NCBI GenBank assembly: GCA_965240325.2
Contig: OZ251228.1
Location: 2,790,001-2,854,000, forward strand
From: Rebecca billardiae RCC1528
Lineage: Eukaryota > Protista > Haptophyta
DNA: 64,000 nt
Direction of reading: 5' to 3'
The notes beneath the pieces are model-generated. The model searched no databases and was not told where the DNA came from. It was given only the letters and a program-made list of their open reading frames with translations. Position 1 is the first letter of the stretch, and each line of letters opens with the position of its first letter. Positions 44,301 through 57,120 of the stretch are shown piece after piece. The position numbers and the translations under genes were made by a program.

Positions 44301-47300
44301 CTGAGCGCCGGGCCCGGCGTGCCAGGTCCGGCGCGCCGGGCCCGGCGCGCCGGACCTCGGCCGAGGTCCGGCGCGGCGCCGGACCTCGAGTGCATGATGG
44401 TCGGGCGCGCTCAGGCTGAGCGCGCTGTAGCCGTTCGAGCTGTCAGCCGGTGTGGTACGGCATCAGAGGACGTGCTCGGTTTTCTTCGCCCTCGCCGAGC
44501 CCGAAGTCACGACATCGGCGCTCTGAGCGCCGGGCCCGGCGTGCCAGGTCCGGCGCGCCGGGCCCGGCGCGCCGGACCTCGGCCGAGGTCCGGCGCGGCG
44601 CCGGACCTCGAGTGCATGATGGTCGGGCGCGCTCAGGCTGAGCGCGCTGTAGCCGTTCGAGCTGTCAGCCGGTGTGGTACGGCATCAGAGGACGTGCTCG
44701 GTCCTCTCCGCCCTCGCCGAGCCCGAAGTCACGACATCGGCGCTCTGAGCGCCGGGCCCGGCGTGCCAGGTCCGGCGCGCCGGGCCCGGCGCGCCGGACC
44801 TCGGCCGAGGTCCGGCGCGGCGCCCGACCTCGAGTGCATGATGGTCGGGCGCGCTCAGGCTGAGCGCGCTGTAGCCGTTCGAGCTGTCAGCCAGTCTGGC
44901 ACGGCATCGGGGAACGTGCTCGGTCCTCTCCGCCCTCGCTGAGCCCGAAGTCACGACATCGGCGCTCTGAGCGCCAGGCCCGGCGTGCCAGGTCCGGCGC
45001 GCCGGGCCCGGCGCGCCGGACCTCGGCCGAGGTCCGGCGCGGCGCCGGACCTCGAGTGCATGATGGTCGGGCGCGCTCAGGCTGAGCGCGCTGTAGCCGT
45101 TCGAGCTGTCAGCCAGTCTGGCACGGCATCAGAGGACGTGCTCGGTCCTCTCCGCCCTCGCTGAGCCCAAAGTCACGACAGCATCGGCGCTCTGAGTGCC
45201 AGGCCCGCCGCGCCGGACCTCGGCCGAGGTCCGGCGCGGCGCCGGACCTCGAGTGCATGATGGTTGGGCGCGCTCAGGCTGAGCGCGCTGTAGCCGTTCG
45301 AGCTGTCAGCCGGTGTGGTACGGCATCAGAGGACGTGCTCGGTCCTCTCCGCCCTCGCTGAGCCCAAAGTCACGACATCGGCGCTCTGAGTGCCAGGCCC
45401 GCCGCGCCGGACCTTCACCTCGGCCGAGGTCCGGCGCGGCGCCGGACCTCGAGTGCATGATGGTTGGGCGCGCTCAGGCTGAGCGCGCTGTAGCCGTTCG
45501 AGCTGTCAGCCAGTCTGGCACGGCATCAGAGGACGTGCTCGGTCCTCTCCGCCCTCGCTGAGCCCGAAGTCACGACATCGGCGCTCTGAGCGCCAGGCCC
45601 GGCGTGCCAGGTCCGGCGCGCCGGGCCCGGCGCGCCGGACCTCGGCCGAGGTCCGGCGCCGGCGCGGCGCCCGACCTCGAGTGCATGATGGTCGGGCACG
45701 CTCAGGCTGAGCGCGCTGTAGCCGTTCGAGCTGTCAGCCGGTGTCGTACGGCATCAGGGCACGTGCTCGGTCCTCTCCGCCCTCGCTGAGCGCGAAGTCA
45801 CGACATCGGCGCTCTGAGCGCCAGGCCCGGCGTGCCAGGTCCGGCGCGCCGGGCCCGGCGCGCCGGACCTCGGCCGAGGTCCGGCGCGGCGCCGGACCTC
45901 GAGTGCATGATGGTCGGGCGCGCTCAGGATGAGCGCGCTGTAGCCGTTCGAGCTGTCAGCCGGTGTGGTACGGCATCACTGGACGTGCTCGGTCCTCTCC
46001 GCCCTCGCTGAGCCCGAAGTCACGACATCGGCGCTCTGAGCGCCAGGCCTGGCGTGCCAGGTCCGGCGCGCCGGGCCCGGCGCGCCGGACCTCGGCCGAG
46101 GTCCGGCGCGGCGCCGGACCTCGAGTGCATGATGGTCGGGCGCGGTCAGGCTGAGCACGCTGTAGCCGTTCGAGCTGTCAGCTGATCTGGCACGGCATCA
46201 GAGGACGTGCTCGGTCCTCTCCGCCACCGCTGAGCCCAAAGTCACGACATCGGCGCTCTGAGTGCCAGGCCCGCCGCGCCGGACCTTCACCTCGGCCGAG
46301 GTCCGGCGCGGCGCCGGACCTCGAGTGCATGATGGTCGGGCGCGGTCAGGCTGAGTGCGCTGTAGCCGTTCGAGCTGTCAGCTGATCTGGCACGGCATCA
46401 GAGGACGTGCTCGGTCCTCTCCGCCACCGCTGAGCCCAAAGTCACGACATCGGCGCTCTGAGTGCCAGGCCCGCCGCGCCGGACCTTCACCTCGGCCGAG
46501 GTCCGGCGCGGCGCCGGACCTCGAGTGCATGATGGTTGGGCGCGCTCAGGCTGAGCGCGCTGTAGCCGTTCGAGCTGTCAGCCAGTCTGGCACGGCATCA
46601 GAGGACGTGCTCGGTCCTCTCCGCCCTCGCTGAGCCCGAAGTCACGACATCGGCGCTCTGAGCGCCAGGCCCGGCGTGCCAGGTCCGGCGCGCCGGGCCC
46701 GGCGCGCCGGACCTCGGCCGAGGTCCGGCGCGGCGCCGGACCTCGAGTGCATGATGGTCGGGCGCGCTCAGGCTGAGCGCGCTGTAGCCGTTCGAGCTGT
46801 CAGCCGGTGTGGTACGGCATCAGTGACACGTGCTCGGTCCTCTCCGCCCTCGCTGAGCCCGAAGTCACGACATCGGCGCTCTGAGCGCCGGGCCCGGCGT
46901 GCCAGGTCCGGCGCGCCGGGCCCGGCGCGCCGGACCTCGGCCGAGGTCCGGCGCGGCGCCGGACCTCGAGTGCATGATGGTCGGGCGCGCTCAGGATGAG
47001 CGCGCTGTAGCCGTTCGAGCTGTCAGCCGGTGTGGTACGGCATCACTGGACGTGCTCGGTCCTCTCCGCCCTCGCTGAGCCCGAAGTCACGACATCGGCG
47101 CTCTGAGCGCCAGGCCTGGCGTGCCAGGTCCGGCGCGCCGGGCCCGGCGCGCCGGACCTCGGCCGAGGTCCGGCGCGGCGCCGGACCTCGAGTGCATGAT
47201 GGTCGGGCGCGCTCAGGCTGAGCGCGCTGTAGCCGTTCGAGCTGTCATCCGGTGTTGTACGGCATCAGAGGACGTGCTCGGTCCTCTCCGCCCTCGCTGA

Positions 47301-50234
47301 GCCCAAAGTCACGACATCGGCGCTCTGAGTGCCAGGCCCGCCGCGCCGGACCTTCACCTCGGCCGAGGTCCGGCGCGGCGCCGGACCTCGAGTGCATGAT
47401 GGTTGGGCGCGCTCAGGCTGAGCGCGCTGTAGCCGTTCGAGCTGTCAGCCAGTCTGGCACGGCATCAGAGGACGTGCTCGGTCCTCTCCGCCCTCGCTGA
47501 GCCCGAAGTCACGACATCGGCGCTCTGAGCGCCAGGCCCGGCGTGCCAGGTCCGGCGCGCCGGGCCCGGCGCGCCGGACCTCGGCCGAGGTCCGGCGCCG
47601 GCGCGGCGCCCGACCTCGAGTGCATGATGGTCGGGCACGCTCAGGCTGAGCGCGCTGTAGCCGTTCGAGCTGTCAGCCGGTGTCGTACGGCATCAGGGCA
47701 CGTGCTCGGTCCTCTCCGCCCTCGCTGAGCCCGAAGTCACGACATCGGCGCTCTGAGCGCCAGGCCCGGCGTGCCAGGTCCGGCGCGCCGGGCCCGGCGC
47801 GCCGGACCTCGGCCGAGGTCCGGCGCGGCGCCGGACCTCGAGTGCATGATGGTCGGGCGCGCTCAGGATGAGCGCGCTGTAGCCGTTCGAGCTGTCAGCC
47901 GGTGTGGTACGGCATCACTGGACGTGCTCGGTCCTCTCCGCCCTCGCTGAGCCCGAAGTCACGACATCGGCGCTCTGAGCGCCAGGCCTGGCGTGCCAGG
48001 TCCGGCGCGCCGGGCCCGGCGCGCCGGACCTCGGCCGAGGTCCGGCGCGGCGCCGGACCTCGAGTGCATGATGGTCGGGCGCGCTCAGGCTGAGCGCGCT
48101 GTAGCCGTTCGAGCTGTCATCCGGTGTTGTACGACATCCGGGGACGTGCTCGGTCCTCTCCGCCCTCGCTGAGCCCGAAGTCACGACATCGGCGCTTTGA
48201 GTGCCAGGCCCGGCGCGTCGGACCTCGGCCGAGGTCCGGCGCGGCGCCGGACCTCGATCGAGTGCATTATGATGGTCGGGCGCGCTCAGGCTGAGCGCGC
48301 TGTAGCCGTTCGAGCTGTCATCCGGTGTTGTACGACATCCGGGGACGTGCTCGGTCCTCTCCGCCCTCGCTGAGCCCGAAGTCACGACATCGGCGCTTTG
48401 AGTGCCAGGCCCGGCGCGCCGGACCTCGGCCGAGGTCCGGCGCGGCGCCGGACCTCGATCGAGTGCATTATGATGGTCGGGCGCGCTCAGGCTGAGCGCG
48501 CTGTAGCCGTTCGAGCTGTTAGCCGGTGTGGTACGGCATCAGAGCACGTGCTCGGTCCTCTCCGCCCTCGCTGAGCCCGAAGTCACGACATCGGCGCTCT
48601 GAGCGCCGGGCCCGGCGTGCCAGGTCCGGCGCGCCGGGCCCGGCGCGCCGGACCTCGGCCGAGGTCCGGCGCGGCGCCCGACCTCGAGTGCATGATGGTC
48701 GGGCGCGCTCAGGCTGAGCGCGCTGTAGCCGTTCGAGCTGTCAGCCAGTCTGGCACGGCATCGGGGAACGTGCTCGGTCCTCTCCGCCCTCGCTGAGCCC
48801 GAAGTCACGACATCGGCGCTCTGAGCGCCAGGCCCGGCGTGCCAGGTCCGGCGCGCCGGGCCCGGCGCGCCGGACCTCGGCCGAGGTCCGGCGCGGCGCC
48901 GGACCTCGAGTGCATGATGGTCGGGCGCGCTCAGGCTGAGCGCGCTGTAGCCGTTCGAGCTGTCAGCCAGTCTGGCACGGCATCAGAGGACGTGCTCGGT
49001 CCTCTCGGCCACCGCTGAGCCCGAAGTCACGACATCGGCGCTCTGAGCGCCGGGCCCGGCGTGCCAGGTCCGGCGCGCCGGGCCCGGCGCGCCGGACCTC
49101 GGCCGAGGTCCGGCGCGGCGCCCGACCTCGAGTGCATGATGGTCGGGCGCGCTCAGGCTGAGCGCGCTGTAGCCGTTCGAGCTGTCAGCCGGTGTGGTAC
49201 GGCATCAGTGACACGTGCTCGGTCCTCTCCGCTCTCGCTGAGCCCGAAGTCACGACATCGGCGCTCTGAGCGCCGGGCCCGGCGTGCCAGGTCCGGCGCG
49301 CCGGGCCCGGCGCGCCGGACCTCGGCCGAGGTCCGGCGCGGCGCCGGACCTCGAGTGCATGATGGTCGGGCGCGCTCAGGCTGAGCGCGCTGTAGCCGTT
49401 CGAGCTGTCAGCCAGTCTGGCACGGCATCAGAGGACGTGCTCGGTCCTCTCGGCCACCGCTGAGCCCGAAGTCACGACATCGGCGCTCTGAGCGCCGGGC
49501 CCGGCGTGCCAGGTCCGGCGCGCCGGGCCCGGCGCGCCGGACCTCGGCCGAGGTCCGGCGCGGTGCCGGACCTCGAGTGCATGATGGTCGGGCGCGCTCA
49601 GGCTGAGCGCGCTGTAGCCGTTCGAGCTGTCAGCCGGTGTGGTACGGCATCAGTGACACGTGCTCGGTCCTCTCCGCCCTCGCTGAGCCCGAAGTCACGA
49701 CATCGGCGCTCTGAGCGCCAGGCCCGGCGTGCCAGGTCCGGCGCGCTGGGCCCGGCGCGCCGGACCTCGGCCGAGGTCCGGCGCGGCGCCCGACCTCGAG
49801 TGCATGATGGTCGGGCGCGCTCAGGCTGAGCGCGCTGTAGCCGTTCGAGCTGTCAGCCAGTCTGGCACGGCATCAGAGGACGTGCTCGGTCCTCTCCGCC
49901 CTCGCTGAGCCCGAAGTCACGACATCGGCGCTCTGAGCGCCGGGCCCGGCGTGCCAGGTCCGGCGCGCCGGGCCCGGCGCGCCGGACCTCGGCCGAGGTC
50001 CGGCGCGGTGCCGGACCTCGAGTGCATGATGGTCGGGCGCGCTCAGGCTGAGCGCGCTGTAGCCGTTCGAGCTGTCAGCCGGTGTGGTACGGCATCAGTG
50101 ACACGTGCTCGGTCCTCTCCGCCCTCGCTGAGCCCGAAGTCACGACATCGGCGCTCTGAGCGCCAGGCCCGGCGTGCCAGGTCCGGCGCGCCGGGCCCGG
50201 CGCGCCGGACCTCGGCCGAGGTCCGGCCGAGGTC
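38345..50234. repeat. Satellite 2: ~54 tandem copies of a 222-bp GC-rich monomer with higher-order repeats
   Basis: Unit ..GAGCCCGAAGTCACGACATCGGCGCTCTGAGCGCC..GGACCTCGGCCGAGGTCC..GAGTGCATGATGGTCGGGCGCGCTCAGGCTGAGCGCGCTGTAGCCGTTCGAGCTGTCA..; 222-bp period visible in the ORF track; first copies diverged. Confidence 0.97.
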
Positions 50235-50952
50235 CGGCCCGCGCAGGGACGGCGCGTTCGAGCTGTCCAGCTCTGAGCGCTCCCTGCTCACGCTGCTCGC
50301 GTACCTCAGCGCGCTGCCGCCCGGCGTGGGCGGGCGCACGCGGCTGCTGCGTAGCGATCTGCCGCTCTACCGCGACGCCCACGGCCGCTTCGGCGTCGAG
50401 TCCGCCGCCGAGTCGGTCACCCTCGCCTTCCGGCCCGAGGCGGCCGGCTGTGGCCTGTGCATGTACCACGAGCGGCTGCGCGACGCCGAGGCGCTCGCGC
50501 GCGACGCGCCGCCGGTGTGGGTGCTGCAGACGGAGGTGATGTACGCGCGGACCTCGCCGACGCGCGCGCTGAGCAGCGCCGCGCTGGAGGAGGCGCGCGC
50601 GCTCGAGGTCGAGGCCGAGAGCATCGAGTGCGAGCAGCCTATGGTCGCCGTGCAGCTGTACATGCGCGCGGACAGGCTGCGGAAGGGGCGCGCGCTGCCG
50701 AGGCATGCGCCCTCGCGTGCGCGCGAAGAGCAGGGGCACGCGGCGCTCGCTGTCGCCGCGGATGGCGGGCGCGCGGGGGGCGAGGACGACGCGCGGCCCG
50801 CTCGGCCCGACCCAGACAAGTCAGGGCTCGACGGCTCGCCCCGCTCTGCCGAGGCTGCCGCCGGGGCCGTGGCCGAGACTGCGTGCGCGGCCCCGAGTGA
50901 CGATTCCCTCTCATGGGCGGACGGCAGCTCGGACGACGGCAGCGTCATCTGA
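50235..50952 (+). pseudogene. Duplicate 2OG-Fe(II) oxygenase-like fragment, further 5'-truncated by satellite 2
   Basis: Same as 20453-21170; lacks the upstream GVNPRIRIVRYPGHGRGH present in copy A. Confidence 0.6.
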
Positions 50953-51643
50953 CGGCAGAGCGCGTCACAGCCTTGTCGAGGCTGACGCGGAGCCGATGCT
51001 AAGCTGGGCGTGCTCAAGGACGAGGCACCGTCGCACGTACAGACGTACGATGAGCAGCGCAGCTACCCACTGGCCACTAGTCTCGGAGTGATCGGTTTCA
51101 GGCTCAGCGCGCGCCCGTTGGTTGCGACGCATAGTGACATGCGATCGGTGGCCGCGCTCACGGATGGAGCGTCGTCGTCTCAGCGGGGTCGCGATCCAGG
51201 CGGACTGCAGCCGACACGTGCTGTATCGTCTGCATAGTATCGAGTCGTGCAATCGTACCTGTCCTGCTCTACTGGTAACAACAAGTACTGATGTGCGCCT
51301 GGGATAAAAGAATAAAACCAATAAATGCTGCATATTAAAACAAATAAACTGTCGCTCACAGCGCAGGCAGGTGTTTGGCGCGGCTGCACTCTCGAGGTGG
51401 CTGGGATACAACATCCAGGTGCAGCACCCTCCCCGTGTGGTGTCAGAGCGCGCTCTCGAGCGCGTGCCTCCGAGCGCGGGGCGGCCGCTTGCTGCAATGG
51501 CCGCCTCGATGAGGTGCGGCAACGCGCCCCTCACCTGCCTGCGCCGGTCTGTTTTGTGGCGGTGTCTTTGTGCAGTGTTGGATGGCGTCAATCACGCCTT
51601 AACCAAGTGTGCACGTTAAAACATAGTAAACTGTACGCACAGG

Positions 51644-53143
51644 ATGGACGGCATGGTCGACATCGTGAGCCCAAAGTGTGATCACACTGACTGCTCCAAG
51701 GTGCCTCACTTCGGCATGCCGGGCGACGCGCGCGCCAGCCGGTGCGCTGCGCACAAGCTGGCCGGCATAGTCGACGAGAAGCACCCCAAGTGTGATCACG
51801 CTGGCTGCACCACGCGGCCTTCATTCGGCATGCCGGCCGACGCGCGCGCCAGCCGGTGCGCTACGCACAAGCTGGTCGGCATGGTCGACGTGATGAACCG
51901 CAAGTGCGATCACACCGACTGCACCAAGCAGCCTTCGTTCGGCATGCTGGGCGACGCGCGCGCCAGCCGGTGCGCTACGCACAAGCTGGCCGGCATGGTC
52001 GACGTGAAGAGCCCCAAGTGTGATCACACGGGCTGCACCAAGTGGCCTTCGTTCGGCATGCCGGGCGACGCGCGCGCCAGCCGGTGCGGCACGCACAAGC
52101 TGGTCGGCATGGTCGACATCGTGCGCGCAAAGTGTGATCACGCCGGCTGCACCACGGGGCCTTCGTTCGGCATGCTGGGCGACGCGCGCGCCAGCCGGTG
52201 CGCTGCGCACAAGCTGGCCGGCATGGTCGACGTGAAGCACCCCAAGTGTGATCACGCGGGCTGCACCAAGGTGCCTTCGTTCGGCATGCCGGGCGACGCG
52301 CGCGCCAGCCGGTGCGGCACGCACAAGCTGGCCGGCATGGCCAACGTGGTGAGCCCAAAGTGTGATCACACCGGCTGCACCAAGCAGCCTTACTTCGGCA
52401 TGCCAGGCGACGCGCGCGCCAGCCGGTGCGCTACGCACAAGCTGGCCGGCATGGTCGACATGAAGAACCCCAAGTGTGATCACGCTGGCTGCACCACGCG
52501 GCCTCGCGTCGGCATGCCGGGCGACGCCCGCGCCAGCCGGTGCGCTACGCACAAGCTGGCCGGCATGGTCGACGTGGTGAGCCGCAAGTGTGACCACGCC
52601 GGCTGCACCACGGGGCCTTCGTTCGGCATGCCGGGCGACGCGCGCGCCAGCCGGTGCGCTGCGCACAAGCTGGCAGGCATGCTTCCGCTGTCACGTGGCA
52701 ACAGCAGCGTTCACGTGGCCAAGAGCTCTGCCTCCATGCACTCCCAGATCGGTTCCAGCAAACGTCCCCGGGCACAGCACTGCGATGCCGATGGGCCTGC
52801 ACGTGCTCTGCGCGCAAGGCCCAGCATTGCCCTGCTGCCTGCCCATGCAACAGGCTGGCCACAAGGCGAGGCGACTGTGTCTCCAATGCTGCTACCCATT
52901 GTCGTGGGCGAAGAATTCATCCCCTCTGGCGCGATGCAGCCGCAGGTCGTGGGTCACCTTCAGACTCAGGATCAGCCAATGGCATCCGTGTCGGCGGTGC
53001 CGCGGTGCTTCCGCCAGAGGGCCCAGAGGCGCCAGGCCCAGAGCTCCCTGTGGTTACTGTGGGTCAGATCGACTATACCACGCGCGCTGGTCATTATTGT
53101 TCAAACTGATGATGACGACGCTGACTACATACATCGTCTATAA
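51644..53143 (+). CDS. EsV-1-7-type repeat protein, duplicate copy
   Basis: Translation identical to 21862-23361. Confidence 0.85.
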   Translation: MDGMVDIVSPKCDHTDCSKVPHFGMPGDARASRCAAHKLAGIVDEKHPKCDHAGCTTRPSFGMPADARASRCATHKLVGMVDVMNRKCDHTDCTKQPSFGMLGDARASRCATHKLAGMVDVKSPKCDHTGCTKWPSFGMPGDARASRCGTHKLVGMVDIVRAKCDHAGCTTGPSFGMLGDARASRCAAHKLAGMVDVKHPKCDHAGCTKVPSFGMPGDARASRCGTHKLAGMANVVSPKCDHTGCTKQPYFGMPGDARASRCATHKLAGMVDMKNPKCDHAGCTTRPRVGMPGDARASRCATHKLAGMVDVVSRKCDHAGCTTGPSFGMPGDARASRCAAHKLAGMLPLSRGNSSVHVAKSSASMHSQIGSSKRPRAQHCDADGPARALRARPSIALLPAHATGWPQGEATVSPMLLPIVVGEEFIPSGAMQPQVVGHLQTQDQPMASVSAVPRCFRQRAQRRQAQSSLWLLWVRSTIPRALVIIVQTDDDDADYIHRL

Positions 53144-53525
53144 TAATCCGTAATCAACGCGATGCATGACCGCGTTCCGCGGTCCTTTTCCGTAGAACCA
53201 ACGCAGTTGGGGGCCCGCGGCGCAGTGGTTGAGAATGAGACTGACGAGTCAGTCAGTCCGAGTCAGAAAGACAGTTCAGCCACTCTGAGAGGGAGAGTCA
53301 GACCCGAGACCGAGTCTCGGACTCGGCGCGAGTATGCGGGCGCGCACGGCCAAGGGTGGCATGGGACACCAGCGGACGGGCCGCGCGGGGAAGCGGGGCG
53401 GCGCGCTCGCAGGGCGAGAGGCGCGGACGGGCCGCGCGGGGAAGCGGGGCGGCGGCGCGCGCAGGGCGAGAGGGCGAGAGGCGCCGCGCGGCGCCGGGCC
53501 GGCGCGTGCGCGCGTGCGGGCGCAC

Positions 53526-54030
53526 CTGCTTCAGCTTGAGGTGCTCGCGCTGCGCCATGCGCTCGACGAAGGGCCGCTGGTCGCTCAGCCGGCGCGCCTC
53601 GGGCCGGCATGGCGAGAGCGCGCGCCACTGCCGCCCGCCCACGCTGCGCAGCCACGCGCAGACCGAGCGGAGCTCGGGGTGGAACGAAGCGAGTGGCATG
53701 TCGCGCCCGCCGCCCGGCGCACGTGTGCCCTGCTCCACCGCGCCGCCGTGCTCGCCCGCCGCCTGCTCCGCCGCGTCGGCCTCGAGGATGGCGGCGGCCA
53801 GCGGCAGGCTGAGCGGCGCGCGCTCGCCCACGGTCGCTTCGAGGGCCGTCCACACCTGCTCGAGCTGCTGCAGGGCGTCGACAAGGGCAGCGCGACCGCC
53901 CAGCGCGTCCGCATGCGCGTGGAGCTCGGCGTCTCGCTTCGTCAGGTCGGCGCCCAGCGCCTCTGCGCGCACGCGTCGAGCTCGGCGTCGCGCTTCGCCG
54001 GCTCGGCGCCCAGCGCCTCCACGCGAGTAC
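53526..54030 (-). CDS. Duplicate of probable exon 23744-24248
   Basis: Identical sequence in the duplicated block. Confidence 0.4.
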
Positions 54031-54856
54031 CTGCCTGTCAATTGTCTGCTCTGTCTCCACCCGGCCGGATGCCGGCCGTCGGCCGGCCGTCCGGTCGCGA
54101 GCACGCGGATGGCTCCCGCGCACTTGCGTGCCTGCGCGAGGCAGCGCGCACGCACAGCGACACGGGCGCGGGGTAGAAATCAGGAGAGCGCCGCCGCCCG
54201 CGCACCACCCCACCGAGAGTACGCACATGCGCACGCCGTGACGACATGGCACGACATGGCGCATGTCGAACGCAACGCCCCGACACGGAAGCCTGATGGC
54301 TGATCCGCGCGCGCCCGCAAACGCGGACGCGCGCGCGGGCGGGCGCGCGGGCGTGCGTACGCCGCCCGCGCGGGAGGCGCCCGCGGCCGCGCGCGCTCCG
54401 CGCGCGCGGCGCGCGCTCCGCGCGGTCGTCCACACCGATGGTCGCCGGGTCGAGGGAGGAGGGCTCGCCCGTGTGGGTGCAGCCCCCTGTTTTGAGCTTC
54501 GCGAGTTCGTGACCGCGGCTGCCGCAAGGGCCGGCGCGCCCGGGTTCGTCGCGCTGCTTTTTTTTACTATTCACAGTTAGATGTGATCAAGTTTCCCGAT
54601 TCGTAACGAACCGTTACACTAATGTCACGTCCAGCTGACGTCCAGATCGCACTTTACTTAAGGGAATCAGCTGGACGCGGTTTTTTTCGGCCGAATAGAC
54701 CTCTCTATGCGATCTCAAAAACTCGAAACTCGGTCTCCGCCAGCCCTAAAAATCGCCCCCCGTCCCTTTTTTCTTGATCAAAGATCTTTTTGAAACGTGG
54801 TTCGGGCCCGCTGGTGCGGGCTCCACGCTGCGCGCTCCGCCCTGCACCGCGGGCCA

Positions 54857-56041
<1,185 letters not shown>

Positions 56042-56688
56042 CGTTATTATAGCGCAGCTATATGATATAACCGAGTGTGTCCGGAGGCTAGAAGGATGAG
56101 GCGATGCAGGCGTGCCGCTTGCGACCAAGGGCTTAATCCATCATCTGCTGCGACGATCGAGTGCGTTAGATCCTGCTACTAGGTGGTAGTGACTGCTGGT
56201 ACCAAATGGTGCCGGCGGCTCACGTTTCCGAGTACTTGCTGCTCCACCCATCTCGCGGCAGACCCTTCAACAGACAACACCAGGGAGTATGTTTGACAAG
56301 ATCTTTTACTATCATCATGATGTGCTATTTAATTACGTTCTTCATCACGACTCATGGCCGCTCCTCCTTTATGGCCTCCTGTCCTGTGTCCAACTCTTAT
56401 ATACGGCTCATCGCTCGTGTCTATTTATTTGGCGGCTCTTGAGATCTAGCATGTGCTGAGATTGATCTCTTGGGAGCTTCTCCATCAGCATCCAGGCAGC
56501 TTCTCATTCGTCAAGCAAGCGGCCAGCCCCAAGCTCATTATCGTCGTGGCCGCTTCTAGTAACTACGACCTGCTATCGAGCCGAGCCACTTGGGCATCCT
56601 CGGGCCCCCTGCTCATCAGCGCAGCAAAGCACAAGTAGGAAGATCCATCGCCAGACTATTCGCCTCCCGCCGTGCTTCTTTATTGCGC

Positions 56689-56724
<36 letters not shown>

Positions 56725-56808
56725 ATATATATATATATATATATATATTGATATTTGTTGAGCTGACGCAGCCTGGGGCGCGCATCTCAGCAGATGGCGT
56801 CGCCGCTG

Positions 56809-56845
<37 letters not shown>

Positions 56846-57120
56846 GTCAGCCTCAGAGTCCGCGACAGTATCGTCAGTCACAGACGCCGATATCTAGAGG
56901 TCGACGGCGGACGGCCGACCAGACAGCACGGGTTGCACAGCACCATTATCCCAGACAGAGGGTGTAGGAGGGTGGGCAAACAATGAACCGCTGCCGCAGT
57001 GCTCGCTCGGACCGCGGCAGCATATAACGTGTGCTGTCATGTCTCATGATGCTGGACGAGAATGTGCAGGACGATCGCTCACGCTCAGACCTTTCGGGGG
57101 GGGGGGCGTGCGCCATAATT

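Noticed and set aside
29951-50234. CRISPR array or repeat-protein genes in the satellites (ORFs up to 625 aa; 452-aa ORF at 43584)
   Set aside because: No unique spacers and no cas genes. Monomer lengths are multiples of 3 and GC is extreme, so frames stay open by chance. 14-bp and 1-bp indels and TGA/CGA polymorphism break the frames freely.
29951-50234. Hammerhead ribozyme (retrozyme) arrays
   Set aside because: No CTGANGA..GAAA core with matching stems found by eye on either strand of the monomers; an Infernal/Rfam scan would be definitive
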